DNA from: Narcine bancroftii
Lineage: Eukaryota
Assembly (NCBI RefSeq): GCF_036971445.1
Contig: NC_091477.1
Coordinates: 119,970,001 to 120,034,000 of the forward strand
Direction: 5' to 3'
Length of the DNA: 64,000 bases
How positions within the stretch are numbered: position 1 is the first letter of the stretch; each line of letters starts with the position of its first letter. The translations under genes were made by a program, and so were the position numbers. Under the pieces are notes generated by a model. The model was not told the DNA's origin. It worked only from the letters and a program-made list of their open reading frames with translations, and did no database searches. Of this stretch, positions 26,357 through 38,462 are shown one piece after another.

Positions 26357-29300
26357 CTGCAGGTAACATTTTAAAAGATCAATGTGCAATCAAACAGAAT
26401 TTCAATTATATATAATCAAACATTTCCTTTGGTTTTGCAGTACACAAAACTGTTGGAGAAACTCAACAGGTCGCACAGCCTCAATAGGAAGTAAAGAATA
26501 GCTTATGTTTATGACCCGAGTTCTTAGATCGGCGTCCATTGACCTTTTCAGGCTGCATAATTAAGGTCATAATTTGGTGCCTAAAAATCTACTTCTCTCC
26601 TCAGCCAAATTGTTGTTAGAGGGATTTACTGAGGTATCTAAGCTTAAAAGGGGTGCACATAGTGGGGATAGCCAGCACGTTTATCGTGGGGTGACAATTA
26701 CAATTACCTGAGGACATCTGTTTAAGGTGAGTACAGTCAGGTTCAGGGGAGACATCAGAGGTATGAGATTTACTCAGGGAGTGGTGGGTGCCTGGAATGC
26801 ATTGCCAGGGTTATGGTGAGGTGGTGGTACAATAGGGCATTCAAAAGATTCTTGGATAGGCACAGAAGAAAAATGGACGGTTATGGGTGCGAGTTAGGGA
26901 AGGATTAGATTTTTGTGGACTAAGTTTACATAGGTCAGCTCAACATTGTGGGCTGAAGGGCCTGTATTATGCTGTAAAGTTCTATGATCTATGTAAAACC
27001 CAATCAGAATTGCATACCTGTTGCATTGCTAATTTCACCATCTGCACACAATAAGCAATCAAAGCAGCAAATCTGTTCCCCACTCCGACTCGCTCTCCTT
27101 GTTCCTGGGGGACAGCTTTTACTGCACGATGACAAGGGAACCTGACAGAGCAAAACAAGAAGAGTAAAAAAATCAAATTCTGTCCTGATTTCAGTGGATT
27201 TCCTGATCCAAATCCCCGATGTAACAATGGGGAAGCAACCTTGAAACATATGTTCTGGTCTTGTCGAGGTCTTCAACATTATTGGAGGGAATTCTTTGTG
27301 TTTGTCAATAATATTACATGTTAATCTTGAACTTCATCCTTTAACAGCTTTGTCTGGAGTGTTAGGTGATATTAATGAGCTATGTTCTTCATCTGACCAT
27401 ACTAGCAACTCTCATGGCACCAGGTACTTGGATGGAAAATCCTGTTTCACCCCCTAGAACTCAGTGGTTATGTCATGTCTTAATTTAGAAAAGATCAGGA
27501 GTTCCGCATTGTATATTAACATTAGTTTGAATAACATTTGGAGTCCTTTTATGGACTATTTTCACGGTCATTAAATCTATTTGTTTTGATTATTGAATGT
27601 ATTTATTTATGTACGTGGTTTTAACTTCAGTCAGTCATGTTTTATGGATTTGGAAGAACTATACCACCTTTAGTTTTATGTCAAAACATCCCAGGATTTT
27701 TTCAGAAGAGTGTGAGTTCTTTGGGGTTTTTTTTCTGTCATTTCGACAACATTGTATGGGGAAGGGGTATAATGCTATTGTTTTATTTTTGGAAATATAC
27801 TTGTATTCTTCATATTTGGTAACCTTGCGTTCTCTATACAATGCATGACTGTTCTATAAAACTCAATAAAAAGATTGAAAGAGAGAAGCAGAAAATCTGT
27901 TCCCCACTTCTACTCGCTTTCCTTGTTCCTGGGGGGTGAGGGGCAGCTTTTACTGGAACCTGACATATTAACAAAAAAAAACGAATTCGGGTCTGATTTC
28001 AGAACAGTTCATTATCCGATGAATTGGTTACATTCCATCAATCCTGTGGAAAGGTTTGCCGCAAGTCGTTGCCTTGCTTCCCATTTGTGTAAGACATTGT
28101 GAAATAGATGTGCACCATTATGTCTCCAGTAGTGCAACTCTATGCTCAGGATGGTCACCACTGGATAAAGTTTGTGGTGAGATTTTATTTGTCCTCACGT
28201 GCCTTCGTATAGACTCATTTAAAAGGCAGCCAAAGAGGCACGATTGGGTTCTTCCCTGGAAAATCAAGCTCAGTGTATCTAAAACTGAGATTGTGATTCA
28301 TTTATATAAATCACTTACTGTCACGTGGACTGAAGTAGTGAAAAATATTGTTTTGTGTGCTATTCAGGCAAGTCAGCCTTTATTTCATACATTATATAGA
28401 GCAAGGATGAAAACAAAAGTGCAGGATATATTGTCAACTAAAGGTAGAGTTGGGTTGGAGTTAAAGAGGTAAAAACAGTGCAAGGCAGCATCTTCTACTA
28501 ATGGAGATCCATTGAAGAGTCCAACAACAACAGGGAAAGAAACCCATCTTTGAATAATTAGGTTGGTGCTTTCTGCCCACCGTACATGAATAAAACAAAA
28601 ATACCCTAACGTTATTATCACATCTGTTTCCTCTATTCTTAAAATAGACTCTTTGTAGAACTCTCTAAACTGTTTGTAATGTCATGTGCCCAAATTTATG
28701 TCCAATCCATTGGCTCATGTAATGTTATTTCTGAAAAAATTTGCATAATTACAAATATATAACATCAAGGGCCATCTCAATTGATCAGATTAGGGGAGGC
28801 ATCAGGGGTAAGGTTATTTTTATTCAGAGAGTTGTGGGTGCCTGGAAGGCCTTGCCAGGGTGGGTGCTGGAGGCAGCAACAATAGGGACATTATAGGTCA
28901 GTACAACACTGAGGGCTGAGGGGCCCGTACTGTGATGCAGTGTTCTATGCTCATTTGTTTTCTAGGTAATTGATTTTTTTAAAAAACAAAAACCTACATG
29001 CCTAAAAAATTAATTCAGGGGTTATTTCTGTCATGAGCAGAAAATGTTCCTGTCAAACAGATTTTTACAATAGTGATGAAGTAAGTTATAAGTTTTTGTA
29101 ATGTGTTTTCCCAGAGATTATATATATTAATCGGACTGTTCATCAACAGTCAATTCATATAGTCATAAAACACTACTGCACAGTACAGGCCCTTTGGCTT
29201 TCGATGTTGCGCTACCCATTTATTCCTTTAAAAAAGTACTAAATGCTCCCATACCTCTCTATTTTAAATCCTTAAAGTATGTGCTTTGAGAAAGCTGAAA

Positions 29301-32300
29301 GAATGCCCATGTCGACTCAAAGAGCCACACAAGATGGAATAGGCTCTTTGGCCCAACTTATCCATACTGACCAAGTTGGCAGCCTGGACTAGTCCCACTC
29401 TCCGGCATTTGGCCCAAGCTCTTCCTACCCATCTACCTGGTTTCAACATGGACTCAATGAATGAATAAAAATGCTGATGTAGCTTCAAAGCAGATGAAGA
29501 GTAAGTGGGTTACCTCAGTCTTTCCACCAGCCCAGACGATATCCTTTTCATTTAGTTCAAGGCCAGTTTCTGAAGTGGCATCGAAACGGCCGACGTGCAC
29601 TAATTTGACCGAGTCTTCTTCACTTCCCTGCCAATTCACAATGTCGTACGCTGCGACACTGTCGCCATTTTCATCAAAATTAATCTCTTCTCCCGATTTA
29701 CTGATGAATCTCAATCCCTCAAGATAATGCACAAGCTTCACAAAAGGTGACAGAGTTTAGGGCAAATGGCAATATCTTTACAAAACCAATTGACAGAATC
29801 AGCCTAGGCCATTTCACTTGGAATTTAATCAATAGTTTCAAATCCTTTCAAATTCACAATTATTCATGGAACTGCGTGGAACTTACAGAGCAGAAATGTT
29901 GAACCAATGTATAAGAATCCCCTCGCTTTCATCTCACAATGTGCATATGTGTATTCTTTGGCCCATTAAGCAATTTCCCTTCATATAATCAGACACCTAC
30001 ATTCAGGTACATATCCTAGTGAGAGGTACTCCCAGTTCAAGTTTCACGTACCAAGATGCAGTGAGAAAGCTTTTGCGAGCAGTCTAGCTCATCAAAGCAT
30101 AGAGCGGGTATAACACAGCACAGGGAGTAGCTTTGAGAGATCATCAGTACAGAGCATAGGCAACCTTTTTTCAGTAGTATGGGGTTCATTCAAGAGTCTG
30201 ATAACAGGGGGGAGAAACTGTCTTTGAATGTGGTGGTGCGTGATCTCGCACTCGGGAATCTTTGTGCCAATGGTGATGATAAAGAGAGTGTGGCCAGGGT
30301 GGGATGAGTCTTTTAACATGTGGTTTTTCCAACACTAGAAGAATCAATGGCATCCAGGGAGAAGTCTGTATGGTGGACTGGGCTGCGTGAACAACTCTCG
30401 GCAGTTTCTTCAACTATGCAGTGATGTGCCTTACAGGGTGTTTCCAAAGATGCACATGTTAAAGTTGTTAATGGGTTCAGGTCATATTCCTAATTTCCTC
30501 AGGTTTCTATGGAACATGATCTCCTTTCCAAACACCAGCCCCTTGTGAAAAACCATCACCTTTCCAACACAACCCCCTGCGGAACGCCGTCACCTTTCCA
30601 ATGCAAATCCCCTGTGGAACACCTTCACCTTTCTAAACAATAAGCCCCTATGGAACGCCATCACCTTTCCAATGCCAACCTCCTGTGGAACACCATCACC
30701 TTTCCAATGTCAATCCCTTGTGGAACACCATCACCATTCCAAACATCATCACTTTTCCAAATGCACATGTTAAAGTTGTTAATGGGTTCAGGTCATATTC
30801 CTAATTTCCTCAGGCTTCTATGGAATATGATCTCCTTTCCAAACACCAGCTCCCTGTGAAAAACCATCACCTTTCTAACACCAACCCCCTGTGGAACACC
30901 ATCACCTTTCCAACGCCAACCACCTATGGAACACCTTCACCTTTCCAATGCCAACCCCCTGTGGAACACCATCAGCTTTCCAAACACTAAGCCCCTATGG
31001 AACACCATCACCTTTCCAACACCAACCACCTATGGAACACCATCACTTTTCCAATGCCATCCCCCTGTGGAACACCATCACCTTTCCAAACACCAGCACC
31101 TTGTGAAAGACCATCACCTTACCAAACACTAACCCCCTGTGAAACGCCATCACCTTTCCAAACATTAAGCCCCTACGGAACACCATCACCTATCCAATGC
31201 CAATCCCCTGTGGAACACCATCACCTTTCCAATGTCAACCCCCTGTGGAACACCATCACCTTTCCAAACACCAGCACCTTGTGAAAGACCATCACCTTTC
31301 CAACACCAACCCCCTGTGGAACACCATCACCTTTCCAAACACCAGCCCCTTGTGAAAAACCATCACCTTTCCAACACAACCTCCTATGGAACACCGTCAC
31401 CTATCCAATGCAAATCCCCTGTGGAACACCTTCACCTTTCTAAACAATAAGCCCCTATGGAACACCATCACCTTTCCAATGCCAACACCCTGTGGAACAC
31501 CATCAGCTTTCCAAACATTAAGCCCCTATGGAACATCATCACCTTTCCAATGCTAACCTCCTGTGGAACACCTTCACCTTTCCAATGTCAACCCCCTGTG
31601 GAACACCATCACCATTCCAAACATCATCACTTTTCCAAATGCACATGTTAAAGTTGTTAATGAGTTCAGGCCATATTCCTAATTTCCTCAGGCTTCTATG
31701 GAATATGATCTCCTTTCCAAACACCAGCTCCCTGTGAAAAACCATCACTTTTCCAAACACCAGCTCCCTGTGAAAAACCATCACCTTTCCAACACCAACC
31801 CCCTGTGGAACACCATCATCTTTCCAATGCCAACCCCATGTGGAGCACCATCTCCTTTCCAAGCACCAACCCCCTGAGGAACACCATCACCTTTCCAGAC
31901 ACCAGCACCACTTTTCAGTGCCTTTCCTCCTAAAGAAGTATCTGCATTTATATTTATCCTATCACCGCAATTCTCCACCCTGACTGCAGTCAGTACAAAA
32001 TGTTCACAGTCCCTTGGGGCAGCAGAATGGACCAGTCATAGTCTGGCCCAGGATTAATGAGAAGGCTTTGAATGGCCCATTGAGGGAGGTGACAGTGGTT
32101 TCAATTGAGCTCCCGTGACCGCGAGTCTGTGCCCAAGACAGTGACACCTATTAATCGGCGGCAGCCACGAGGGGCTGCAGACTCCAGGGATGTGGAGGAC
32201 TGGAACAGGGCACCAGAGGACAGGAAGATCATGAACTCTCTGAGAAGGAGTAGTGGAGGAGACAACCCACAAGGTTGGTGATCACGGCAGTGAACCAGTG

Positions 32301-35300
32301 AGGAGGTTCTGCAGCTAAAGGACCAGTATATGCGGCAGGCTGCTGACGACACAAGGCAAGGAACCCGTGGAAGCCGTGGACTGCTGGAGATTGGCTCGAA
32401 CTGGCTGGAGGGGTTCCAGACATCAGAACTGGGAAGTGAGGAGGTGCTGAGGGTGAGAATGTCAGAGGTTTGGATCCGGAACTTGGGTTGCTGATGGTTT
32501 GGACTGGACTTTGTGTGGCTGTGGGGGATGCAGAAGCACTGGAGGCAAATCTACAGACACTCGGTGACTCTGGTGTGATTCTCTTTTGCTTCTCATTCTC
32601 TGACTGTAAATCTGATTGTAAGAGATGGTTAGGCAATTCCTGCCGGTGGCGAATCTGTGCCATGCAGCAGGCAAAAAGAAATTTCATGTAATACAACACT
32701 GTTTTATTACCATGATAATCAATTGAATCTTGAAGCCTTCACAGTAACTGGGGCAGAACTGGTGTCTGTGATTCCCCACACGACCACCCAAACCATGGCC
32801 CTCCAGGTGCCAATCTCACCTTTAATTTACTTCCCTTTCCCTCTGCCCCTCCTCAGATGTGTTGACCCTGGTGCAATGAGCATTCCTGTAAAATGCCTGA
32901 AATACCTTACCTGCCCTGGTCGAAGATTGAAGATATTTGCGCATGTTCCATTGTCAAATGGGCCTCTACTTTGTTCACATGTATGCAAATTGTGAAGAGC
33001 ATGGGCCACAGCATACACTGCCTTGTACACATTATATGAAATCCGTAATTCTGACACATCAGAATATATATTGTAAGTACTGTTTAAATCTTCTAATCCG
33101 CTGCACCTTTTCAGAGATGATGCCACTTCCCACTGCTTCTTCAGTTCAGCTAACGTCCTGAAGGAACATTTAAACGTTGTCTCCCACAATTCTTTCACAA
33201 AGATATTATTTGGAGTCTTGAACGGATGGGCTTCGAGAAGGAAATCCCTCAGGCCTGGGATTTCCCCCCTGTGGATAGCAAATCCTATTGTTCCACTCAG
33301 AGAGAGGAAATTCTCTCTGGTTGCCATTAAAGCTGATGTAACCCATGCCTCACTTGCAATCCATTGCCTGCCAGTGATGTTTTGCTTCACAATTTCTCTG
33401 ATTAAAGGGTACGCATCCCCCTCAATGGCAAACATGACGATGACCCTGGCCGTCGACGCTCTGATTGCCTCCGTGATCTGAAGGATCTTCTGCCGGGAGT
33501 ACACCTTGGGAATGACTTCGGTGAAGGCGATGCACACGCCGAGCCGACTAACCTGCTCACTGAATGCTTGAATGCCGCTGCGGCCATAATCGTCGCTGCC
33601 AGCCACTGATCCCACCCAGGTCCAGCCGAACCGATGTACCAGCTGAGCCAAACCCCGGGCCTGGTGGACATCGCTCGGCATGGTCCTGAAGAAGGCTGGG
33701 AACTCGTTCCTGTTTCCGAGGCAGGTGCAGGAGGAGAAGTAGCTGACCTGGAGGAACACACACATCACCCGTCATATGATTGAGCCCGGTGCGCAGTTCT
33801 GGTGCCCCAGCTACAGGAAGGATGTCACTGAGCTGGAAATGTTGCAGATAAGGTTCACAAGGACATAACTAGAATTGGAGAGTGTGTGAGGGGATTTTCC
33901 CCTGTACCTTCAGAAACTGAAGGCTGACATGGGAAGGGTTTATAAAAATCACGGGGGCATAGATAAATAATCATAGCCTTTTTTCCCCAGATTAAAAAAG
34001 GAATCAAAAACTAGAGGATATTGGATGCCATAGATGCTCTGTGGTTAGTAAAAAATTATTTGAGGTGGTATGTGAGTGGGGAATCACTGAATTGGGAGCA
34101 GGAGCCGGCCTTCTGTCCCATGGAACCTGCTTTGGTATTCCATGAGATCGTGGCTCATCCACCAACCTGCCTTTTCTCCATAACCTTTAAATCCCCCACT
34201 GCAAAATATCTATTTGACTCTGTTTTAAATATATTGATTCAAGAAGGAGCTACTGCTTCATTGCAGAGAGAATTCCACAGATTCACTACCCTCCATGAAA
34301 ATCAGTTCTTCCTCATCCTTCTCTCAAATCTGCTCCCCTGAAACTTAAGGCGATGACCCTGGTTTCTCGTCTCACCTGCCAGTGAAAACAACCTCCCTGC
34401 ATCTTGCTTATCGATTCCTTTAATAATGTCCTTGTCCTTTTGCACAATTGATATTATTGGGAACTTTGAACGGATGGGCTTCGAGAAGGAAGTCCAATGT
34501 ATAGTTACGGGTTACTCGATCTCTCATAAGCAAGCCTCTCATGTCCGTAATCAACCTGGTGAACCTCCTTTGCACCACCTCAAATAAAGAGACCAGAACT
34601 ACGTGCAGTACTCCAGGAGCAGCCTCACCAGGATCCTGGACAGTTGCAGCAGAACCTCCCTGCCCTTAAATTTCATCCCTCCAGCAATGAAGGCCAATAT
34701 CCCATTTGCACCTGCTGACCAGCTTTTCGTTATTCATGCACAAGGACTCCCAAGCACCTCTGCACAACAGAATGCTATAATCTTCCTCCAGAGGAGGTGA
34801 GACCCAGAGTAGGTGAGATACAAAGCAGGGTACATAGGTTAAGGGAGAGAAGCGAAAGGTTTCATGGGAACTTCTTCACACAGAGAGTAGCTCAGTATGG
34901 AATGAGCTGCCAACTGAGAAGGTGAAAACAGGCTCAATTGTAACATTTAATAAGAATTTGGACAGGTACATGGATTTGGAGAGGTATTTAGGGCTATGGA
35001 CTGGATGCAGGTCAGTAGGACTAGGCAGAAAAATGGATCAGCACAGAGGAGAAGGGCCAAAAGGTCTACTTCTGTGCTTCTTTCATGTGGGTCTTTAAAA
35101 CTGTTAAATCAAGGACTTTAAATTAGAAAAAGATGTGTTTCTTGCAGAGCTGCCTTTGACTTGAAAATATTACTCAGTCGTTGGCTTTAGGGAGCCATGG
35201 TTTGTTAGGCCAGAAGTCAGGTGGGCCTCACACTGAAAAAGGTTGAGAATTACTGGATGAATATGAGCCAAACACAGGCAAGTGGAACTTGCTTTGGTGA

Positions 35301-38300
35301 GACAGTTTGGTTGATTTGAACAAATTGGACAAGTGAATGAGTGCAGAGTTAACTGCACATTTGCCCAACAACAAAGGCCACCCATTAAAAGTAACTGTTT
35401 GCCCTGTGATGTCCATAGTCAATTCAATTGCTCATTCCATAATGACCCACATTCAAACATTCACATATGTGCCATTGGGATCTTACCATTGGAACTTTGA
35501 ATGGCATCACTGTGCTTGCAACAACCAGAGATTGAGTGGACCCGGAATCACCAACAATCACAGGAATGGATGAAGCTCCCTTGCACTTGTAATGGGAGAG
35601 ATCTTCAGATGGCCCACTGGCTAACGATAACGTCGCCCTCAGCGAATGAACTGGAGTGGTGCACGTGTCGTAAATATTATAGCCAAGAGTTATATTTGGC
35701 AGGAGAGAAGGGTCTTGGTTTATTTCTTGTACCGTGAAGAGCATTGTCTGCATCCAGCGAAAGGACCTGGAATTGAAGCTAAAATGTTCATTTGGTTAGG
35801 CACTTCCATCATGTTGGCAGATCAGAGCATTTTGAATAACACGTCATGGACTACTGTGGCAAGAAAAGTGAGTACATTGCCATAGAGACTGGATTAATTC
35901 TTTTGAAGGGCAATCCGATTGCGTTCCATCGTCTCCTCATAACACTGACACCTTTTCTCAAGCTAATCAAAATAATTCCTTCAAGTAGCATACCATCGAC
36001 TTGGAAATAGACACTGAGCTAGATATCAGTTCAGATTTATTGTCAGAGTACATTCATGAAATCGCATACAATCCTGAGATACTTATTCCAGCGGGCTGGA
36101 CAGAATTACCAATTATTGGTAATGTAAATTAATAATATTGATATTTTGTCAAACAGAGAGGACTATTTTGGCTAGATTTACCATGTTCTCTCCTTTAAAT
36201 CACAAGAGAAAGATTGATAAATTATTAATCTCAATCGCTGAACACATATTGCCATAGATGTGCAGTGTCAACCCAGCTTCACGCTCTACCTTTTAATCCC
36301 TCTGCATAAAGAGTGTCCCAAAAATTTTTATGGCATTACTTCGATAAGTAATTAAAATGAAAAAAATACTCAGAAAGAAAACTGAACAAAATAACTGGAT
36401 GTGTTTGGTTTTCATTAACTGGCCGTAATGTAGAGAAATGCAGTCCTGCTCAGCTTATTCCTGATGTCTATGCCTGCACATTGCATCTGACATTCCATCT
36501 GATGAATGAACAACAAGCCCAGGCATTGAGTATGGTTATAGTGACTTAGGCACCTGATGCACTTCACATATGTTAGTGAATACACAGCCCCATTCAAATG
36601 GATCAAGACACGAATCTGCTTTGATGTCAATTCCCTCATCTCATCTACCCTTGGTAAGCATTCACGTTATCGATTCTCCTGTTCATATTGTAAAGCTCAC
36701 TCTTCAGCCTCCTACATTAGAGTGAGTAACGCTCTTGAAAACCACGAGGTTAAGAAACAAGTGCTCATGCCACCCAAGTCCATTCCTCCCCATCCTCTCT
36801 ACAACGTAAGCTTAAATAGTTTTCCCTTTCACTCAATTCCAATGGCATAAGCATCCCCTTTGACGTGATCTACCTGGATCGTTGACTGAAGAGGGCATGC
36901 AAAATCATTGAGGACCCTTCAACCCTTGCACACAGCATCTCTCAGCTGCTGCCATTGGGGAAGAGATACAGGAGGATCAGAACCGGCACCACCAGGCAGA
37001 GGAACAGCTTCTTCCCACAGGCAGAGAGAATGAATGCTGAACAATCAAAGGAACTGCTCACACTGACCCTCCGAGACTCTCCTATTCATGAAACAATGTT
37101 GATTTATTTGTATAGATGAAGTACTTGACCTGCATATGCATCATTTGCCTGTCTGGGTGTTATGTCTCATTGTTTGTCTGCATGTTCTACACGGATGGCC
37201 AAACTGTTTCATCGAGTTGTACTTGTGCAATCAGATGATAATAAACTTGACTTAACTCTGCCTCTCTCTCCACAGATGCTGCCTGGCCCTCAGCATGTTT
37301 CCAAAATTTTCTGTTACTATCTCAACTAACAGTACACCTTTTTCCTAAAATTCAGCTTCCCAACTTTAACATTGAGGTCATCAATTTCAAACAATGATCC
37401 TTCAGTTCAACTTTGTACCTCTGTCAGATTCATGTCATTATTTTTACAGATGCCTAATATTTACTTCCTCCTGTATTATTGACATTTTTGTCAATTAATC
37501 TCATGGACCTCCTCCTTTGTTGTTTCCTCCCACTCCCATTCACTTTACATCTTTATCTCTAATGCCCGGACTTCAGGAAATGAGATATAGGGAAAAGTTA
37601 AACAGGTTAGGATTGTATTCCCTGGAGCGTAGAAGAACGAGGGGAGATTTGATAGAGGGGTAGACAGAGTAGGTTGGCTTTTTACAGTGAGGATAGGTGA
37701 GATACATTCCAGACAACATGGGTTAAAGGGGAAAAGTTTAGGGGGAATATGAGGGGGGACATTGTCAAACAGAGTGTGGTGGGAGTGTTGAATGAGCTGC
37801 CAACTGAAGTGGTGAACGCGCGCTCAATTTTAACAATAAATAGTGTCGGATATGATCTGATGGTTCATTGAATGCTGCCTCATTCTGTGAAACCCACATC
37901 CCCTGAATGAATTAAAGATATTACCTGACTACTGAATATTTTCACCACTTCCTGGCCTCATCAATCCCCAGCTCGTTCCTATAACAGATCAGTCATGATC
38001 ACTGGACAGGTGTGAAGAATTTCAATTCCTCAATATCACTTGTGAAAGAATCTCCTCGCCTCTTTGTTGATATTATATAGTTACATTCAGCATGGATTAA
38101 CTAGTTGATTGTAGCTAGTGCTATTTTAATGCCAACTGACCTTTATAATGTCACCCAGAAAATCTACTCCAAAGCAAATCGCAATACCCCCAGGACTTAC
38201 CCATCACAGGGAGGTGGTTTTGGTTCAGCAATGAAGGAGACATTTGATTGAATTATTCTAAAATGTACAGGAAATAATCCATTCAGGATAATATCCCCCT

Positions 38301-38415
38301 GCTTGGAAACTCCAGAAAGGTCAAACTTGGCGTAACGCCTGCACATTACTTCACCCGTTCCAGCAGGACGGCACAACAAAAGAAAGAGACTCAAAGACAA
38401 GAAAGACATTGTCAT
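25434..38415 (-). CDS. V2R/OlfC-type class C GPCR, gene C, complete: complement(join(25434..26356,27018..27141,29514..29735,32911..33747,35487..35778,38201..38415)), about 870 aa
   Basis: Signal peptide [58 protein letters not shown], 7TM with [15 protein letters not shown]. All junctions GT-AG and in frame. Start could be 38409, 38415 or 38439. Confidence 0.95.
27018..27141 (-). CDS. V2R gene C exon 5
   Basis: Acceptor ctgtcag|GTTCCC, donor CAACAG|gtatgc; 124 nt, [29 protein letters not shown]. Confidence 0.93.
27195..27885 (+). mobile_element. L1-clade LINE 3' fragment in gene C intron 4
   Basis: Begins with an ORF2 C-terminal motif ([21 protein letters not shown]); ends aataaaaagattgaaagagag; 3' end matches 44968-45280(-). 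Confidence 0.8.
27886..28002 (-). pseudogene. Duplicated partial copy of gene C exon 5 and its splice acceptor (pseudo-exon or candidate alternative last exon)
   Basis: Direct repeat of 27062-27194 flanking the L1 fragment; 13-nt deletion and 7-nt insertion relative to true exon 5. Confidence 0.85.
29514..29735 (-). CDS. V2R gene C exon 4
   Basis: Acceptor gtgaag|CTTGTG, donor ACTGAG|gtaacc; 222 nt, [17 protein letters not shown]. Confidence 0.92.
30035..30520 (-). mobile_element. Rex/Babar-L2-type LINE 3' fragment
   Basis: LPRVVHAAQ and [12 protein letters not shown] motifs on the - strand. Confidence 0.65.
30448..31912. repeat. 35-36 bp minisatellite with higher-order block duplications, gene C intron 3
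   Basis: Unit ggaacaccatcacctttccaatgccaaccccctgt (starts at 30893, 30928, 30963, 30999); a unique ~75-nt block recurs at about 30448, 30759 and 31638. Confidence 0.92.
32040..32735 (+). mobile_element. Non-coding retroposon copy with (ttgaatc)-type tail
   Basis: Ends catgataatcaattgaatcttgaa; homologous to 1-490(-), 39091-40120(-), 42030-42205(+), 44240-44970(-). Confidence 0.65.
32911..33747 (-). CDS. V2R gene C exon 3
   Basis: Acceptor ctccag|GTCAGC, donor GGGCAG|gtaagg; 837 nt. Confidence 0.95.
33780..35085. mobile_element. Cluster of CR1 3' fragments in both orientations, gene C intron 2
   Basis: gcagttctggtgcccc..aggaaggatgt (+), gaattccacagattcactaccctc (-), ttcttcacacagagagt..gaatgagctgcc (+). 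Confidence 0.65.
35487..35778 (-). CDS. V2R gene C exon 2
   Basis: Acceptor ttttag|CTTCAA, donor CCAATG|gtaaga; 292 nt. Confidence 0.93.
38201..38415 (-). CDS. V2R gene C exon 1
   Basis: Signal peptide plus [12 protein letters not shown]; donor GATGG|gtaagt, phase 2. From ATG 38409 the exon is 209 nt, the same as gene B exon 1. Confidence 0.87.
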
Positions 38416-38456
38416 CTTGGAAAGGCAGATGTGACTCATTCCATATCCCTTTCCTC

Positions 38457-38462
38457 TTTATA
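38457..38462 (-). promoter_or_regulatory. TATA box of V2R gene C
   Basis: TATAAA 42-48 nt upstream of the ATGs at 38415/38409; favours these starts over 38439. Confidence 0.45.

Noticed and set aside
30650-31978. His/Pro-rich ORFs ([10 protein letters not shown]...)
   Set aside because: Translations of the intronic minisatellite; frames shift with the 35/36-bp units
743-38415. Identification as CASR, GPRC6A or TAS1R
   Set aside because: Very short C-tails, V2R-type motifs ([19 protein letters not shown]) and tandem clustering fit V2R/OlfC; no specific gene symbol can be assigned from sequence alone
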